Assembly (NCBI GenBank): GCA_963700145.1
Contig: OY969474.1
Span: 4,480,001 to 4,544,000 of the forward strand
DNA from: an uncultured Acidobacteriota bacterium
Lineage (GTDB): Bacteria > Acidobacteriota > Thermoanaerobaculia > Multivoradales > UBA5704
Length of the DNA stretch: 64,000 bases
Direction: 5' to 3'
In this document: piece by piece, positions 38,443 to 48,213 of the stretch
Layout of the letters: every line of letters starts with the position of its first letter
How positions within the stretch are numbered: position 1 is the stretch's first letter
The notes under the pieces: model-generated
Database searches by the model: none
What the model saw: only the letters and a program-made list of their open reading frames with translations
What the model was told of the DNA's origin: nothing
Made by a program: the position numbers and the translations under genes

Positions 38443-39339
38443 CTAGTCCAGACCACATGCCCTTCGATGCCATCTTCGATCAAGATCACGATCCACGACG
38501 ATTTCTTGAGGGTGCCGCAGCGGAAAGCCAAGTCGAGAGCTCGGGACCCCAGCGTTCGGATCATCGGCAGCCCTGTGATGCGTAGCGTCCAGTCCAAATC
38601 CACGATTCTCAATCAGGTTCACCGACGGAACAGCGCAGCATCCACTCCGACGAAGGCACGCGAGGTTCCATGGCACAGCCCAAGAATCCAATTGGGACGC
38701 CGCAACGAGGTCGAAAAGGCGGGCTCGTTCGGCGAAGATCTCCTCATCTCCCAACAGCTTCCCTAGCTGCTCAAGGGTCCTTTGGTCAGTCCTCCAGGAT
38801 GCCAGGCTCGCATCGAAGTACCTCCATGCTCGACGCCAAGTAGCCCAACCCCAGGAACTGCCCAAATGAGAGAAGGAATAGCTGGCCTCGGCAGGCCGCC
38901 AGCTTCCGAGCAGGTTGAAGCCAGTGATCATCATTACCCGCTCTTGGTCTTCGAAGCGGGCCAGGAGTTCCTCGCAATAGGGGAAGAACGAAGCATCGGC
39001 AACGCAGTCCTCCTCCAGAAAGATCGCGCTTTGCTCGTGCTCTAGCACCCAAGACACGCCGCTTGCGATCCGGCGAGCGCAGCCCAGATGCGCTTGCGCG
39101 AAATTGCTGCGGACCCGGCAGGGCCAGTCCACCTCCTCAACGAGGCGTTGACTCTGGAGGCAGGCTGCGGCCTCGGAAGGCTCCCGTTCGCCGTCGGCGA
39201 TAAAGTACAGGCGAGACGGCTGGTGGCGTCGAATAGCCGCCAGAGCTTGGCGCGCAAGCTCCGGGCGGCGATAGACGAATAGCGCCACAGCCGACCCATC
39301 GGGGATTGAGACACCGCCATGCGGAGCTGAGTGCGTCAC
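38443..39339 (-). CDS. GT-A glycosyltransferase (HlpA-like / GT2-related)
   Basis: LFVYRRP, LYFIADG, IFLEEDC, SWGWATWRRAW, NLIENRGFG..ATH. Confidence 0.85.
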   Translation of the reverse strand: MTHSAPHGGVSIPDGSAVALFVYRRPELARQALAAIRRHQPSRLYFIADGEREPSEAAACLQSQRLVEEVDWPCRVRSNFAQAHLGCARRIASGVSWVLEHEQSAIFLEEDCVADASFFPYCEELLARFEDQERVMMITGFNLLGSWRPAEASYSFSHLGSSWGWATWRRAWRYFDASLASWRTDQRTLEQLGKLLGDEEIFAERARLFDLVAASQLDSWAVPWNLACLRRSGCCAVPSVNLIENRGFGLDATHHRAADDPNAGVPSSRLGFPLRHPQEIVVDRDLDRRWHRRACGLD

Positions 39340-39368
39340 AAGGTTGAGGTCCGACTAGAGTCTAACCA

Positions 39369-40199
39369 ATGCTCGAGATTCTGTACGCTCCGGCTGTCGA
39401 CACACTGGTTCCGTGGAGCGACTGCAACTCGATCGAGCGCTGGCATTACGATCGAGTGTTCGCTGAGCTTGTCCGCTCCAGGCCGAGTCTCGACTGGCAG
39501 TTCATCGTGACTGAGCTCGTCGAGGATTTGCCAAAGGTGGGCGCTCGCGTGGTAGTCATCCTCAAGAGCGATGAGCGTTCGCGGCCTCCCGCGTACACGG
39601 GCGCGGTTCGAGCGCTCTTTCGCAACTACCACAGCCCCGATTCGTCCTCGGAAAGCCGGAACGTCTTTCCGCTGCCACTTCCCAGTCTGATTTCCGCTCC
39701 GCCAGTTCTTCGGCCCACGCCGAGCAGACGACTGGACGTCGCCTTCATGGGGAATGTACGTGACCGCCGCTGGGACTTTGTGGCGAACTTCGCTGAGCTG
39801 CAGGCTAGTCGGCGCGACCTGCGTATTGCGTTCACGCCCACGGAGCGCTTTCGTGGTGGCCTCAGCGCCGTTGAGTACTCCCAGACCCTTGCGGATTCCA
39901 AGATAGCCCTGTGTCCAGCTGGCGGGGCCGTAGAGACCTTCCGATTCACCGAGGCCCTCCAGCATGGCTGCGTCGTGATTGCCGAAAGGCAGCCTCGCCA
40001 ACCCTTCTACCTCGCGGCTGAATACCACCCCGTCACGGACTGGCGGATGCTTGGGCCGTTGGTCGGGCACCTGTTGCCCTTGGAGAAGGAGTCGCGTATT
40101 CCCCCGGACGCGGCGAATCGAGCCATCTCCCACTGGGAGCGAGCGTTCAGCCCAGAAGCGGTTGCGCACTATGTTCTGGACACCCTGGAAGGCCTCTGA
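39369..40199 (+). CDS. GT-B glycosyltransferase (exostosin/GT47-like C-terminus)
   Basis: DVAFMG, EYSQTLADSKIALCPAG..VETFRFTEALQHGCVVI. Confidence 0.75.
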   Translation: MLEILYAPAVDTLVPWSDCNSIERWHYDRVFAELVRSRPSLDWQFIVTELVEDLPKVGARVVVILKSDERSRPPAYTGAVRALFRNYHSPDSSSESRNVFPLPLPSLISAPPVLRPTPSRRLDVAFMGNVRDRRWDFVANFAELQASRRDLRIAFTPTERFRGGLSAVEYSQTLADSKIALCPAGGAVETFRFTEALQHGCVVIAERQPRQPFYLAAEYHPVTDWRMLGPLVGHLLPLEKESRIPPDAANRAISHWERAFSPEAVAHYVLDTLEGL

Positions 40200-40230
40200 T
40201 TGTCGGCTTAGCAGATGACTAAAGCACGCG

Positions 40231-41031
40231 TCAGACGGCCCCTCGCTCGCCGAGAGCGAGAGCGCGGCGCGCAACAAGTACTGAGTCCCGCACCATTTCT
40301 ACGGTGAGCGACTCAAGGCATAGCGGCGTGTTGCACTCGATGTCCGTGTGTCGAGCGAAGTGCTTGCAGCCATTGCAGCCGACATCGGACATGATGGGGA
40401 TTGCGCATGGATCAAGCAGAACGAGCGAGGGGTGGGTAGCACCGAAGATAACGAAAGTCTCGCGGCCGAAGCATTGACTGAGAATCGCGGGCCCGGAGTC
40501 GTTGCCGACGAAGCATGAGGAGTGTTCGCAAAGACCTACCATCTCGGAGAAGGTATGGTGGGGCTCAAGTAAGACAAAGGGCATGTCCAGGGCGTCTTCG
40601 AGCTGGTCCCGTAGGTCTAGAAATCGTTCGCGCGGCCACTGCCTCATCAGTCGGACGAAGCTGCTTGTGTCAGGCGCGATAAGGCCATATGGGCCGGAGC
40701 GCATGCGTTGGGAACCCCGGCGAACCCGGGGGGTCCGGTAACGAGGCTCTACGCCGGCGAAGCGCGCGTATCCGTCCAAGTGATTGCAGCCGGGAAAGGT
40801 CTCGTAAACAAGCACTAGTGTCTCGTCGAACTCCCCCAGGTCGTTGGCCACGTACCGAGAGTACGGCAGGACTTCATCGTAGACATCCAACAGCCGGCCA
40901 GCTTGAACGTATTCAGAGCACAATGAAATGCTCGCGTAGCGCGGCCGGAGAGCACTGGCAATAGGCTCTGTTAGGAGCACGTCGCCCATGTGGCCGCGGC
41001 GCACAATGCAGAGTCGCGGGGTGTCCTTCAC
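40231..41031 (-). CDS. GT9 (heptosyltransferase-like) glycosyltransferase
   Basis: GHMGDVLLTEP, RQWP, FVGNDSGP, VIFGAT, C..C...C..CL tail. Confidence 0.82.
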   Translation of the reverse strand: MKDTPRLCIVRRGHMGDVLLTEPIASALRPRYASISLCSEYVQAGRLLDVYDEVLPYSRYVANDLGEFDETLVLVYETFPGCNHLDGYARFAGVEPRYRTPRVRRGSQRMRSGPYGLIAPDTSSFVRLMRQWPRERFLDLRDQLEDALDMPFVLLEPHHTFSEMVGLCEHSSCFVGNDSGPAILSQCFGRETFVIFGATHPSLVLLDPCAIPIMSDVGCNGCKHFARHTDIECNTPLCLESLTVEMVRDSVLVARRALALGERGAV

Positions 41032-41711
41032 CGCGCTGGCGCACCAATAACGTCAGCGACAACGACGGGCGCGATGCGTTGGCAGAACAGCCACTCATCC
41101 TCGGTATCAATATCGAGAGCCTCCGGATAGGAAAGCTCAAGGAAGCTCACGGGCTTGAAGGCGAGAGAGCCGTGGCGTGTGAAGTTGAGGCCAGTGGCAA
41201 CGTGAACTCCACCGGTGACGCGCCACTGCGGCGGAAGATCCTGACTGCGAGGCTGCCGACTCGGATTGTAGTTCGGTGCATCTGGCGCCGACCACGTGAA
41301 ATCCTGGCACCGCTGAACGCCGAGAACGCAGACGTCGCTATCTTGCAGAACCTGTCCGATGGCGCGGTCGATTGTGCCTGGAAGAACGAAGGGAGAGGTT
41401 GGATGTGCCCAATAGACCGCGACGTGCTGAAAGTCGGCCAGTACGGCCTCGAAGAGCTCTCTGATCTCGACGTGCTCACCGCAGAGGCGCGGGTGACGGG
41501 GTCGCGGCTCCGCACCAAGCGACGCTGCTTGCTCCAGCGCAACGTCATCATCTGAGGAAACGACGATCCGTGTGACCAACGAACAACGCTGGAGTGCCAG
41601 GATCTTCAGCTGAAGGAGAGAGAGCTCCTCAAAAAATGGGCGGGTGTTCTTGGCTGGCACTCGGACGCTACCGCGCCGTGCTGGGACCAGCGCGATGGCT
41701 GCCCTGTTCAC
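41028..41711 (-). CDS. Acylneuraminate-type cytidylyltransferase (NeuA/CMAS family)
   Basis: LVPARRGSVRVPAKN, VVSSDD, PTSPF, RSQDLP, LDIDTEDEW. Confidence 0.88.
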   Translation of the reverse strand: MNRAAIALVPARRGSVRVPAKNTRPFFEELSLLQLKILALQRCSLVTRIVVSSDDDVALEQAASLGAEPRPRHPRLCGEHVEIRELFEAVLADFQHVAVYWAHPTSPFVLPGTIDRAIGQVLQDSDVCVLGVQRCQDFTWSAPDAPNYNPSRQPRSQDLPPQWRVTGGVHVATGLNFTRHGSLAFKPVSFLELSYPEALDIDTEDEWLFCQRIAPVVVADVIGAPAR

Positions 41712-42877
41712 AATACTGCCTCGGGAACGAGGTGCGAGAGCGGGACGCGGGGAAACACCTCGAGCTCGCCGCCAACAGTGGCGTTCCAGACGCCACCGCC
41801 GGCCGCCTCAAAAGCGCCTCTGGCGCATTCGTACGCAGCCTCGACTCGAGCGCGCTGCGGTTGATGGTAGCGCCTCCCTTTGCCGAAGTACTCCGGGTCG
41901 AAGTGATTCGTGTCAGGCCCTTCAGCTACCACCACTGATTCGAGTGTCGCTCCGTGGTGAGCCGGATAGGTGCCGTCGACGCCAACCAGATAGACAGCTC
42001 TCGCGCCAGCGAAGTACGCGAGCTGGAGCAAGAGGTATGTTACGGACCAGCCTGTGAAGACTTCACTGGCGATGTCCACGGAGAACTGCGGATAGGGCGC
42101 GTAGGAGCGGATGACAGGAAGGTATGCGTCGCCAAGAAGGCGATCGCGTTGATCCCACGGGAAGAATTTAATCGCGCCTTCATAGGCCTGAATCTCCCGC
42201 TGCCTGTCCTCGGCGACGAGCCTGTCTTCGACGACATAAAAAGTCGGCCTGAAGAAGTAGCTGCGGTCAAGGAGAAATAGACCATTGCTTCCAAGCGTGA
42301 ACTCGCCAGCGAGAGCGCGGAGATTGGTACCCCGGAGACTAGGGCCGTTCCCGATGACGAAAGCCCGCCGACCCTGGAAGCGATTACGCCAGCATTGGAG
42401 TCGGCCTCTATTGGAGAGCAAGCTGGCGACCTCCGGGTCGGTGCGGACGTCCCCCAAATCAAGAGAGATCAGCAGTTCTTCCGGACCCCCGATAGCCAAC
42501 AAGGGCTCGGGCGGGTTTTCAGAGAGCAGCTTCGGGGTTCGTCGAACTGCAAAAGGCGTCGAGTAGGTTAGCGGCACGCACGAACTCTCGGTGTCGAGTG
42601 ATTCGAGGAACTCCGTCGCCCCTCCCACCTGGCTTTCGCGAAAGGCCTCATAGAGGCTCTCCTCCAAGCGAACGCGCCAGCCTTGCGGGAGGAAGAAGCG
42701 AAGATTGGCGCCGCGATGAGTGCGTCGCCGAAGGGATCTGATAGCGAGAACGGCGCTGCAGAGGTCTTCCCATGGGCAGGTTGGTGAGACGAAGACATCA
42801 GACGGGAGGGCTGGTGAGCTGGCGGCGCGCGATGGGGAGGCGCCGGCAGGTGTCGAACTAGTGGGCGGAGCGCTCAT
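41708..42877 (-). CDS. DUF115/MptE-like (Maf / sialyltransferase-fold) protein
   Basis: RAFVIGNGPSL, TLGSN, SVTYLLLQLAYFAG...YLVGVD, NHFDPEYFG. Confidence 0.78.
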   Translation of the reverse strand: MSAPPTSSTPAGASPSRAASSPALPSDVFVSPTCPWEDLCSAVLAIRSLRRRTHRGANLRFFLPQGWRVRLEESLYEAFRESQVGGATEFLESLDTESSCVPLTYSTPFAVRRTPKLLSENPPEPLLAIGGPEELLISLDLGDVRTDPEVASLLSNRGRLQCWRNRFQGRRAFVIGNGPSLRGTNLRALAGEFTLGSNGLFLLDRSYFFRPTFYVVEDRLVAEDRQREIQAYEGAIKFFPWDQRDRLLGDAYLPVIRSYAPYPQFSVDIASEVFTGWSVTYLLLQLAYFAGARAVYLVGVDGTYPAHHGATLESVVVAEGPDTNHFDPEYFGKGRRYHQPQRARVEAAYECARGAFEAAGGGVWNATVGGELEVFPRVPLSHLVPEAVL

Positions 42878-43739
42878 GCCAGTCCCTTAGTGTTGTGCAA
42901 ACCTGAATTCGCTCGGGTGGAACAACTGTTCCCCAGAACGTTCTGTCGCCCTCGAACCAATCCGCTTCGAGGCCAGCGATGTCGCCGGCGTAACGAGCCG
43001 ACAGCTCGCGCAAGCGCTGAAGCTTCTCTGTCCACGGCGCATTGGCGGGATAGCCTGGTTCGACGAGGTGATCGGCCTGGTTTCGCCATTTTGTGAGGAG
43101 TGAGAGTGGCGTGTCGCGCCTCTCGAAGTGAAGCAGGCACGCCAGTGTTGCGGGCAGAGGTACGGGGGACTGAGCCGAACCAGCGAAGAATGCTGGACTA
43201 TTCTCCCTGCGAAAGTAGTGGCCACCAACTACGACTGCGATTCCATCGTGAGTTCGGCAGAAGCTCTTGCGGAAGTGGCCTTCCTGTTCCCAGGAGCGCT
43301 CCGGCCATGGCTCGAAGAAGCGTACAGTCTCAAAGACGGACTGCCCGCTCGACCTCAGAGACGGTAGGGCGTTCAGCCACCCAATGGAGGCATAGGAGAT
43401 GCCGCCGCGCTCGAGGGCGTCTAGGAAATCAGGGAGCGGTCTGGAGAGACGGAGAAACTCGTCTGCATCCAGCGGGAAGAGCCACTCTGGGTTCCAGATG
43501 TCAACCGCGAGGTTGAGTGCGCGATTGGCATACTCCTCGTGGTCGAAGGCCAGGGCAGGTTCATAGAGCACCTTAACCCGCGCGTCCTGAGCGATGTCCG
43601 CCAGGATCGCCGAGGTCCCGTCAGTGGAGGCGTGGTCGACTATTACCAAGCCCTCGATCCCCAACTCGAGGTGCCACCTAACGTTCGCCTCGATAAGGGG
43701 GAGTTCGTCACGCACGACCATGAAAGCACAGGATCTCAT
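42858..43739 (-). CDS. GT2-family glycosyltransferase
   Basis: MVVRDE..I...V.WH, IVDHASTDGT, WLFPLDADEF. Confidence 0.85.
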   Translation of the reverse strand: MRSCAFMVVRDELPLIEANVRWHLELGIEGLVIVDHASTDGTSAILADIAQDARVKVLYEPALAFDHEEYANRALNLAVDIWNPEWLFPLDADEFLRLSRPLPDFLDALERGGISYASIGWLNALPSLRSSGQSVFETVRFFEPWPERSWEQEGHFRKSFCRTHDGIAVVVGGHYFRRENSPAFFAGSAQSPVPLPATLACLLHFERRDTPLSLLTKWRNQADHLVEPGYPANAPWTEKLQRLRELSARYAGDIAGLEADWFEGDRTFWGTVVPPERIQVCTTLRDWHERSAH

Positions 43740-43743
43740 CTAC

Positions 43744-44556
43744 TCACCGCCCGTCGGCGCGCCAAGGTGGGGGCTCTGCGTTCAAGCCGCTCACTGCTGC
43801 GATCTCTGGAAGAAAGCGCCAGAAGGCTGGGTGTTGGGGGTACGTGGCGTGTAGGGCCTTGATGCCGGCCAGCGTCTCGACCGGGGTTGAGTTGAGAGGA
43901 CAAACAACTCTGTAGTGTGCGGGATCGAGGAGCATTACCTCGGAACGGCGACAGTATGCCTGAAGGAGAAGTGCCACTGCCCCTTGTTCGTCGTGGTAGA
44001 GATACCCCTCACTTTCTGCCCGTGAAATCCAGGCGTTGTAGAGGGCCCACAGATCTATCGAGATGTCTACGCCAGCCCTTTGGCCGACAATGCCGGCGTT
44101 TATCGGGACGAAGGGAGTAGGAAGCTGAGGGCCAAACGTCCCATAGGGCCAGAGTGCGACGAACTCCTCCTGCGCGGCGAGAAGAAGGTGGGGAGACGAT
44201 GTGCGGAGAAAAGAGCGCAGCTCGTGTGGCTCGCTAACAAGAAATACATCCGCATCCAGATGCACTTCCGCCAGGCTCGCGTCCAGACGCCCGCACGGCG
44301 CCCACTTCATCCACGTGCTGCGCGAATCGCAAAACTGTCGTTGAGAATGACTGGAGTAGTCGCGCACAAGAGCGGGAGCGAGGAGATTGGCTTCGACGGC
44401 AGCGGCGTTGTCCGTATGGACAACGCAAGTCGCCTTGTCCTTGAAGAAGGCCCTAACTGTGCCGATACTGTGGGAGAGCATGAAGACGGATTCGGGCGTC
44501 GGGTTCCACAACGACCACCGGAAGAGCACCGAAGGTGTCGCCACTGTGTCGCTCAA
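43744..44556 (-). CDS. Putative GT-A fold transferase (GT8-like)
   Basis: HLDADVFL (DxD), INAGIVG, DEQG motifs. Confidence 0.6.
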   Translation of the reverse strand: MSDTVATPSVLFRWSLWNPTPESVFMLSHSIGTVRAFFKDKATCVVHTDNAAAVEANLLAPALVRDYSSHSQRQFCDSRSTWMKWAPCGRLDASLAEVHLDADVFLVSEPHELRSFLRTSSPHLLLAAQEEFVALWPYGTFGPQLPTPFVPINAGIVGQRAGVDISIDLWALYNAWISRAESEGYLYHDEQGAVALLLQAYCRRSEVMLLDPAHYRVVCPLNSTPVETLAGIKALHATYPQHPAFWRFLPEIAAVSGLNAEPPPWRADGR

Positions 44557-45998
44557 GCGGGCGGCTCCTCATTCGCGGGTGTCCTGAGAAGATGGCCATC
44601 GCGCACCCAGCGGCCGAGCTGCTCGTCGTCTATTCCCGCGGCCAGTAGTTCTGCGACACAAACGGGTGTGGAATGCCGAGACAGGACATCGAGCAATCGG
44701 GAATCCCTGCAGTACCCGTACTCGTAGTCGTTGTAGTAGCCGGCCTGAGAGTACTCGCACCACGGTGGCGTGAGGAGCAGGTCACTTGATGAGTTGGCGC
44801 GGACGGGTAGTTCGAGAGCCGCGGGTGTTCGCGTGGCCGTGGTGATGGTATTGGCGTACCCCTCGACCATCTGACGCAGAGAATAGTGCCGTGAAACATA
44901 GTCACGAACATCGGCTCGCTGTTGCCTAGGTGAAAGCAAATGCCCAGCCAGCACTTCGGCAGTTTGGTCTAGGCGACCGTAAGGAATCTTGGAGACCAGC
45001 TCGTCGGGGAGAATGTCGCGCTGAGCGCCCACGCGCGACACAATTGCTGGCGTCCCGCAGAGCTCCGACTCGACCGCGACGTTTCCGAAGGATTCAATGA
45101 AGTTGCCAATGGAAAGAGTGGCCCGGCCCAGCGAGTAGTAGGCAGGCATCAAATCGGGCGCCAGCCAAGGATGCAAAACAAGAAGGTCTGGCATCCCGAG
45201 CGCGGCGGCCTGCTCCTCTGCGTCCTTGTAGAGCCCCTGATAGACATGGCTGCTGCCAGGAGCAATGGCAGAGTCCATCCAGATCGGGACTGCCAGTCGC
45301 ACTCGCCGCATCGCACTCTCGGGCAGGTAGCTCTTGCAGAGGGAGAGTGTGGCAATGGCTTCGGTGAGGCCCTTGCGCGGGTCGGGGCGGTGGGGATGAA
45401 GGACCAGCAACTCGTCCCCACGAAGTCGCAGCGCGCGCCGAACGGGTTCAGGCTCGGTAGGTCGAAGGTCGTCGAGGTCAAAGCCGTTCGGGACGACAGA
45501 TACGTTCGATGGCGCTAGTTTCCGGAAGTCGGCGAAGATCGCTGTCACACATGCCCGGAGATAGGTGGAGGGCAGAACTAGATGGTCACGGCGGAAACCG
45601 AAGGCGCCCCCAAGCGTGTCTGGATAAACAAAGTCTTGAAGTGCGATGACGGCGGGGATGTCTTCATAGAGGAAATGAAACAGCAGCTCTCCGTCGTGAA
45701 CATAGAGAACGTCAGCGCGATCCAGAGCGCGCCTGAGTGTTGTGATGACATCGCGAAGTCGGTAGACCGCAGTGTAGTAGGGCTCCGGGTATGTCTGCTT
45801 GAAGCCGAGGACTGGGTGAACTTCGACCAGCGGATGGAGCTTGAAAGGGGCGCTGTTGTCGGTACGCCGTGTGCAGAAGACGGTGCACTCATGCCCACCG
45901 TCGCCTAGATGGCGCAAGACGGCTCCAAGTGTCTTCTGGGAACCACCGTGAACGAGAGCAGGGAAGATTGGGCCCAAGGAGAAGACGACTATGCGCAT
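44553..45998 (-). CDS. GT4 (GT-B) glycosyltransferase
   Basis: HGGSQK, VVPNGFD, HRPDPRKG, ESFGNVAVESELCGTP. Confidence 0.85.
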   Translation of the reverse strand: MRIVVFSLGPIFPALVHGGSQKTLGAVLRHLGDGGHECTVFCTRRTDNSAPFKLHPLVEVHPVLGFKQTYPEPYYTAVYRLRDVITTLRRALDRADVLYVHDGELLFHFLYEDIPAVIALQDFVYPDTLGGAFGFRRDHLVLPSTYLRACVTAIFADFRKLAPSNVSVVPNGFDLDDLRPTEPEPVRRALRLRGDELLVLHPHRPDPRKGLTEAIATLSLCKSYLPESAMRRVRLAVPIWMDSAIAPGSSHVYQGLYKDAEEQAAALGMPDLLVLHPWLAPDLMPAYYSLGRATLSIGNFIESFGNVAVESELCGTPAIVSRVGAQRDILPDELVSKIPYGRLDQTAEVLAGHLLSPRQQRADVRDYVSRHYSLRQMVEGYANTITTATRTPAALELPVRANSSSDLLLTPPWCEYSQAGYYNDYEYGYCRDSRLLDVLSRHSTPVCVAELLAAGIDDEQLGRWVRDGHLLRTPANEEPPA

Positions 45999-46435
45999 TG
46001 ATGAGAACTCAGGCTGGGCTCTGCATTTCTAGCCGGTGGGACAACCGGGGGGCCATGGGGTGCGAGGCAAAGATGCGCCCCTGGCTGTGTGTCGAGCGGA
46101 AGCTGCCCGAGTCGGCAGCGCAATAGGACGGCGATCTGGTTAGGGTTTGCACCATTTCGCGTGACCGGTAGTGGCGAGTGGAGCTGATCAGGGCGCGGGC
46201 TGCCGAGTCTCAACCGGTCCCTACACTTCTCGCGAGCCAGGGACCCCAAGGGTACCGACGCGCCGAAATGTGCCCGTTTCAGCTTTCATTGATTATAGAA
46301 GAAGGTCTGCGCGTCGGAATCACGCCACTGATGAACGCCACGGGACCAAGTCGAGAGGATGTCTGCTAGTTCGCCCTCTCCCGGCCCGGTGTCGTCCATC
46401 GGCGCCCCACATTCGATTCCGCTGCTCGCGGCCCG

Positions 46436-46473
46436 CAAGGCCGAGCCCTTCGGGTGGCCTGCGGCCAGCCTTG
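46436..46473 (-). promoter_or_regulatory. Branched hairpin element upstream of radC
   Basis: 37/38 identical to 15052-15089. Confidence 0.55.
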
Positions 46474-46506
46474 TCGCGCCGCTGCGCGGCTACATCTCGG
46501 GTGGGC

Positions 46507-47040
46507 ATGCGCCGAACGACACCCAACCGCGAGAGCCGAGACCCCCAGCCCCAGAACCGCCTCAACTTCGTCGAGCCCGGTGAGCCGGGCTTCGAGCCGG
46601 AGACCATCGCCCGCTACCGCGTAGCCCTGGTCCGAGAAGAGGCCACCCCGTACGAGTCGCCCGAGCACTGCGGCGACCCCGCAGCAGCCGCCAGATTCCT
46701 CCACACCATCCTGTCGTCCTGGGACCGCGAGGTCATGGGCGCGCTGTTCCTCGACACGCGCAACCGCGCGATCGGCCATCAGCTCGCCTACATCGGGACG
46801 CTGACCCGCGCCGCCGTCGAGCCTCGCGGCATCCTGACCGCCGCGCTGCTCTCGAACGCCGCCGGCATACTTCTATTCCACAACCACCCAAGTGGGGACC
46901 CCTCGCCCAGTGCCGAGGATCTCGCCTTCACCCGCCGGATGGCGGAGGCGGGGGAGGTCGTTGGGGTCCGGGTCCTCGACCACATCATCATCGGAGAAGC
47001 CCCAGCCTTCGTCTCGCTCCGTCAGCGCGGAGCCTTCTGA
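46507..47040 (+). CDS. radC: RadC-like JAB domain protein
   Basis: DREV..ALFLDTRN, HNHPSGDPSPSAED, VLDHIIIG. Confidence 0.9.
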   Translation: MRRTTPNRESRDPQPQNRLNFVEPGEPGFEPETIARYRVALVREEATPYESPEHCGDPAAAARFLHTILSSWDREVMGALFLDTRNRAIGHQLAYIGTLTRAAVEPRGILTAALLSNAAGILLFHNHPSGDPSPSAEDLAFTRRMAEAGEVVGVRVLDHIIIGEAPAFVSLRQRGAF

Positions 47041-47123
47041 CTCCGCAGCGCAACGGCGCCCAACGAGCTGAACCGTAGCCGCGAGAGTGGCTGAAGGCGC
47101 CGCCCGCGGCGACTCCAGGCCGA

Positions 47124-47233
47124 GCGAGCAGCGCGCCAGCTGAAGACCGCTGTCACGCCGCTCGCGGACTCCCGTTGCGCCCCTCCGCCCTCGCTCCGCG
47201 CGAGCCCCTCGTTTCCTCCGGGGCGTCGTGCTC
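47124..47233 (+). repeat. About 110-bp intergenic repeat, copy 1
   Basis: Shares CCGCTGTCACGCC and CGCGCGAGCCCCTCGT[TC]TCCTCCGGGGCGTCGTGCTC with 52865-52975. Confidence 0.8.
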
Positions 47234-47432
47234 ACCAGGGCTGCTCACGGTAGAAGCACCTTAGTCCCACCCACCTCCCGGCATCGCCGCCCCCGTCAGC
47301 GCGCGCAGCGTCGCACGGCCTGCGCGAGGCGCAAGGCAACCCTGCGGGCAGCGCTACGCGCTGGCCTTGCGCCTCGCGCCTCACGGCCGCCCGTCTTGGC
47401 GCTCGACGGCGACAGCGACACCGGGAGGCGCG

Positions 47433-48197
47433 ATGCACTTTCCATATCTCACGATTGGCAAGAAGGATGATCCGAAGGGGCGGACGTTCACCGTCCACTG
47501 CGTGGCCTCGATCCAGGCGACGGGGCTGTGCCCGCCCGCTGGGAACGGGACGGTGCGACCGGTGCTCCTGGCCTACGCCGGGAGCTCGAGCGCGGTGCGG
47601 GCCTTCACCGCCAACCTGCGGGCCGGCCTTGCCGCGGCGACCACCGACCGGCGCTTCGAGCTGCTGCGCTCGCTCGGCTACAAGTACCAGCTGACCTCGC
47701 CGGCGACCGGGCAGACGCTCGCCGTCGCCTACCTGCCCGATTTCTTCCACCTCCAGCCAGGGGTCCAGGAGCACGACGCCCTGCGGTTCATCAGCGCGCC
47801 GCCCCGTTGGTGGCTCGACCGCCAGGAGGAGCTGCTGGCTCCCGAGTTCGGCTCCCTCGCACGCGACCACGCTCTCGCGATGGCCTTCGTCGCGCGCTTG
47901 GACGCGCGCACGCCGCTGCCCATCGCGAACGACCCGGAGTTCCACCACGGGCTCTTCGGGATGGCGCTGGAGGAGCCCTGGACCGAAACCGGCGACAACC
48001 GCCAGGCCTTCACGTTCGACGGCATTGAAGCCCTCGGCCTTGCCGCACCGGTCCTCTGCGACGTGCCGAAGCGGGCCTTCGCCGACTTCCTGGCGTGCGC
48101 GACCGCGAAGCTCCTGCCGCGGCATCTGGCTCCCGCTCTCCGACCACCCATCCCGAGCTTCGCGTCCCAGCTCGTTTTCAACTTCCTGACTGCCTAA
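47433..48197 (+). CDS. Hypothetical protein
   Basis: GGAGG RBS, GC3-rich codons, sits just upstream of the MTase-helicase. Confidence 0.7.
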   Translation: MHFPYLTIGKKDDPKGRTFTVHCVASIQATGLCPPAGNGTVRPVLLAYAGSSSAVRAFTANLRAGLAAATTDRRFELLRSLGYKYQLTSPATGQTLAVAYLPDFFHLQPGVQEHDALRFISAPPRWWLDRQEELLAPEFGSLARDHALAMAFVARLDARTPLPIANDPEFHHGLFGMALEEPWTETGDNRQAFTFDGIEALGLAAPVLCDVPKRAFADFLACATAKLLPRHLAPALRPPIPSFASQLVFNFLTA

Positions 48198-48213
48198 GAG
48201 AGGAGACCGCTTC

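Noticed and set aside
39336-40277. 313-aa minus-strand ORF that would make the glycosyl operon continuous
   Set aside because: No motifs; the opposite-strand ORF has clear glycosyltransferase motifs.
38443-45998. Standard capsule or O-antigen locus
   Set aside because: No flippase, polymerase, ABC exporter, chain-length regulator or priming transferase in the block.
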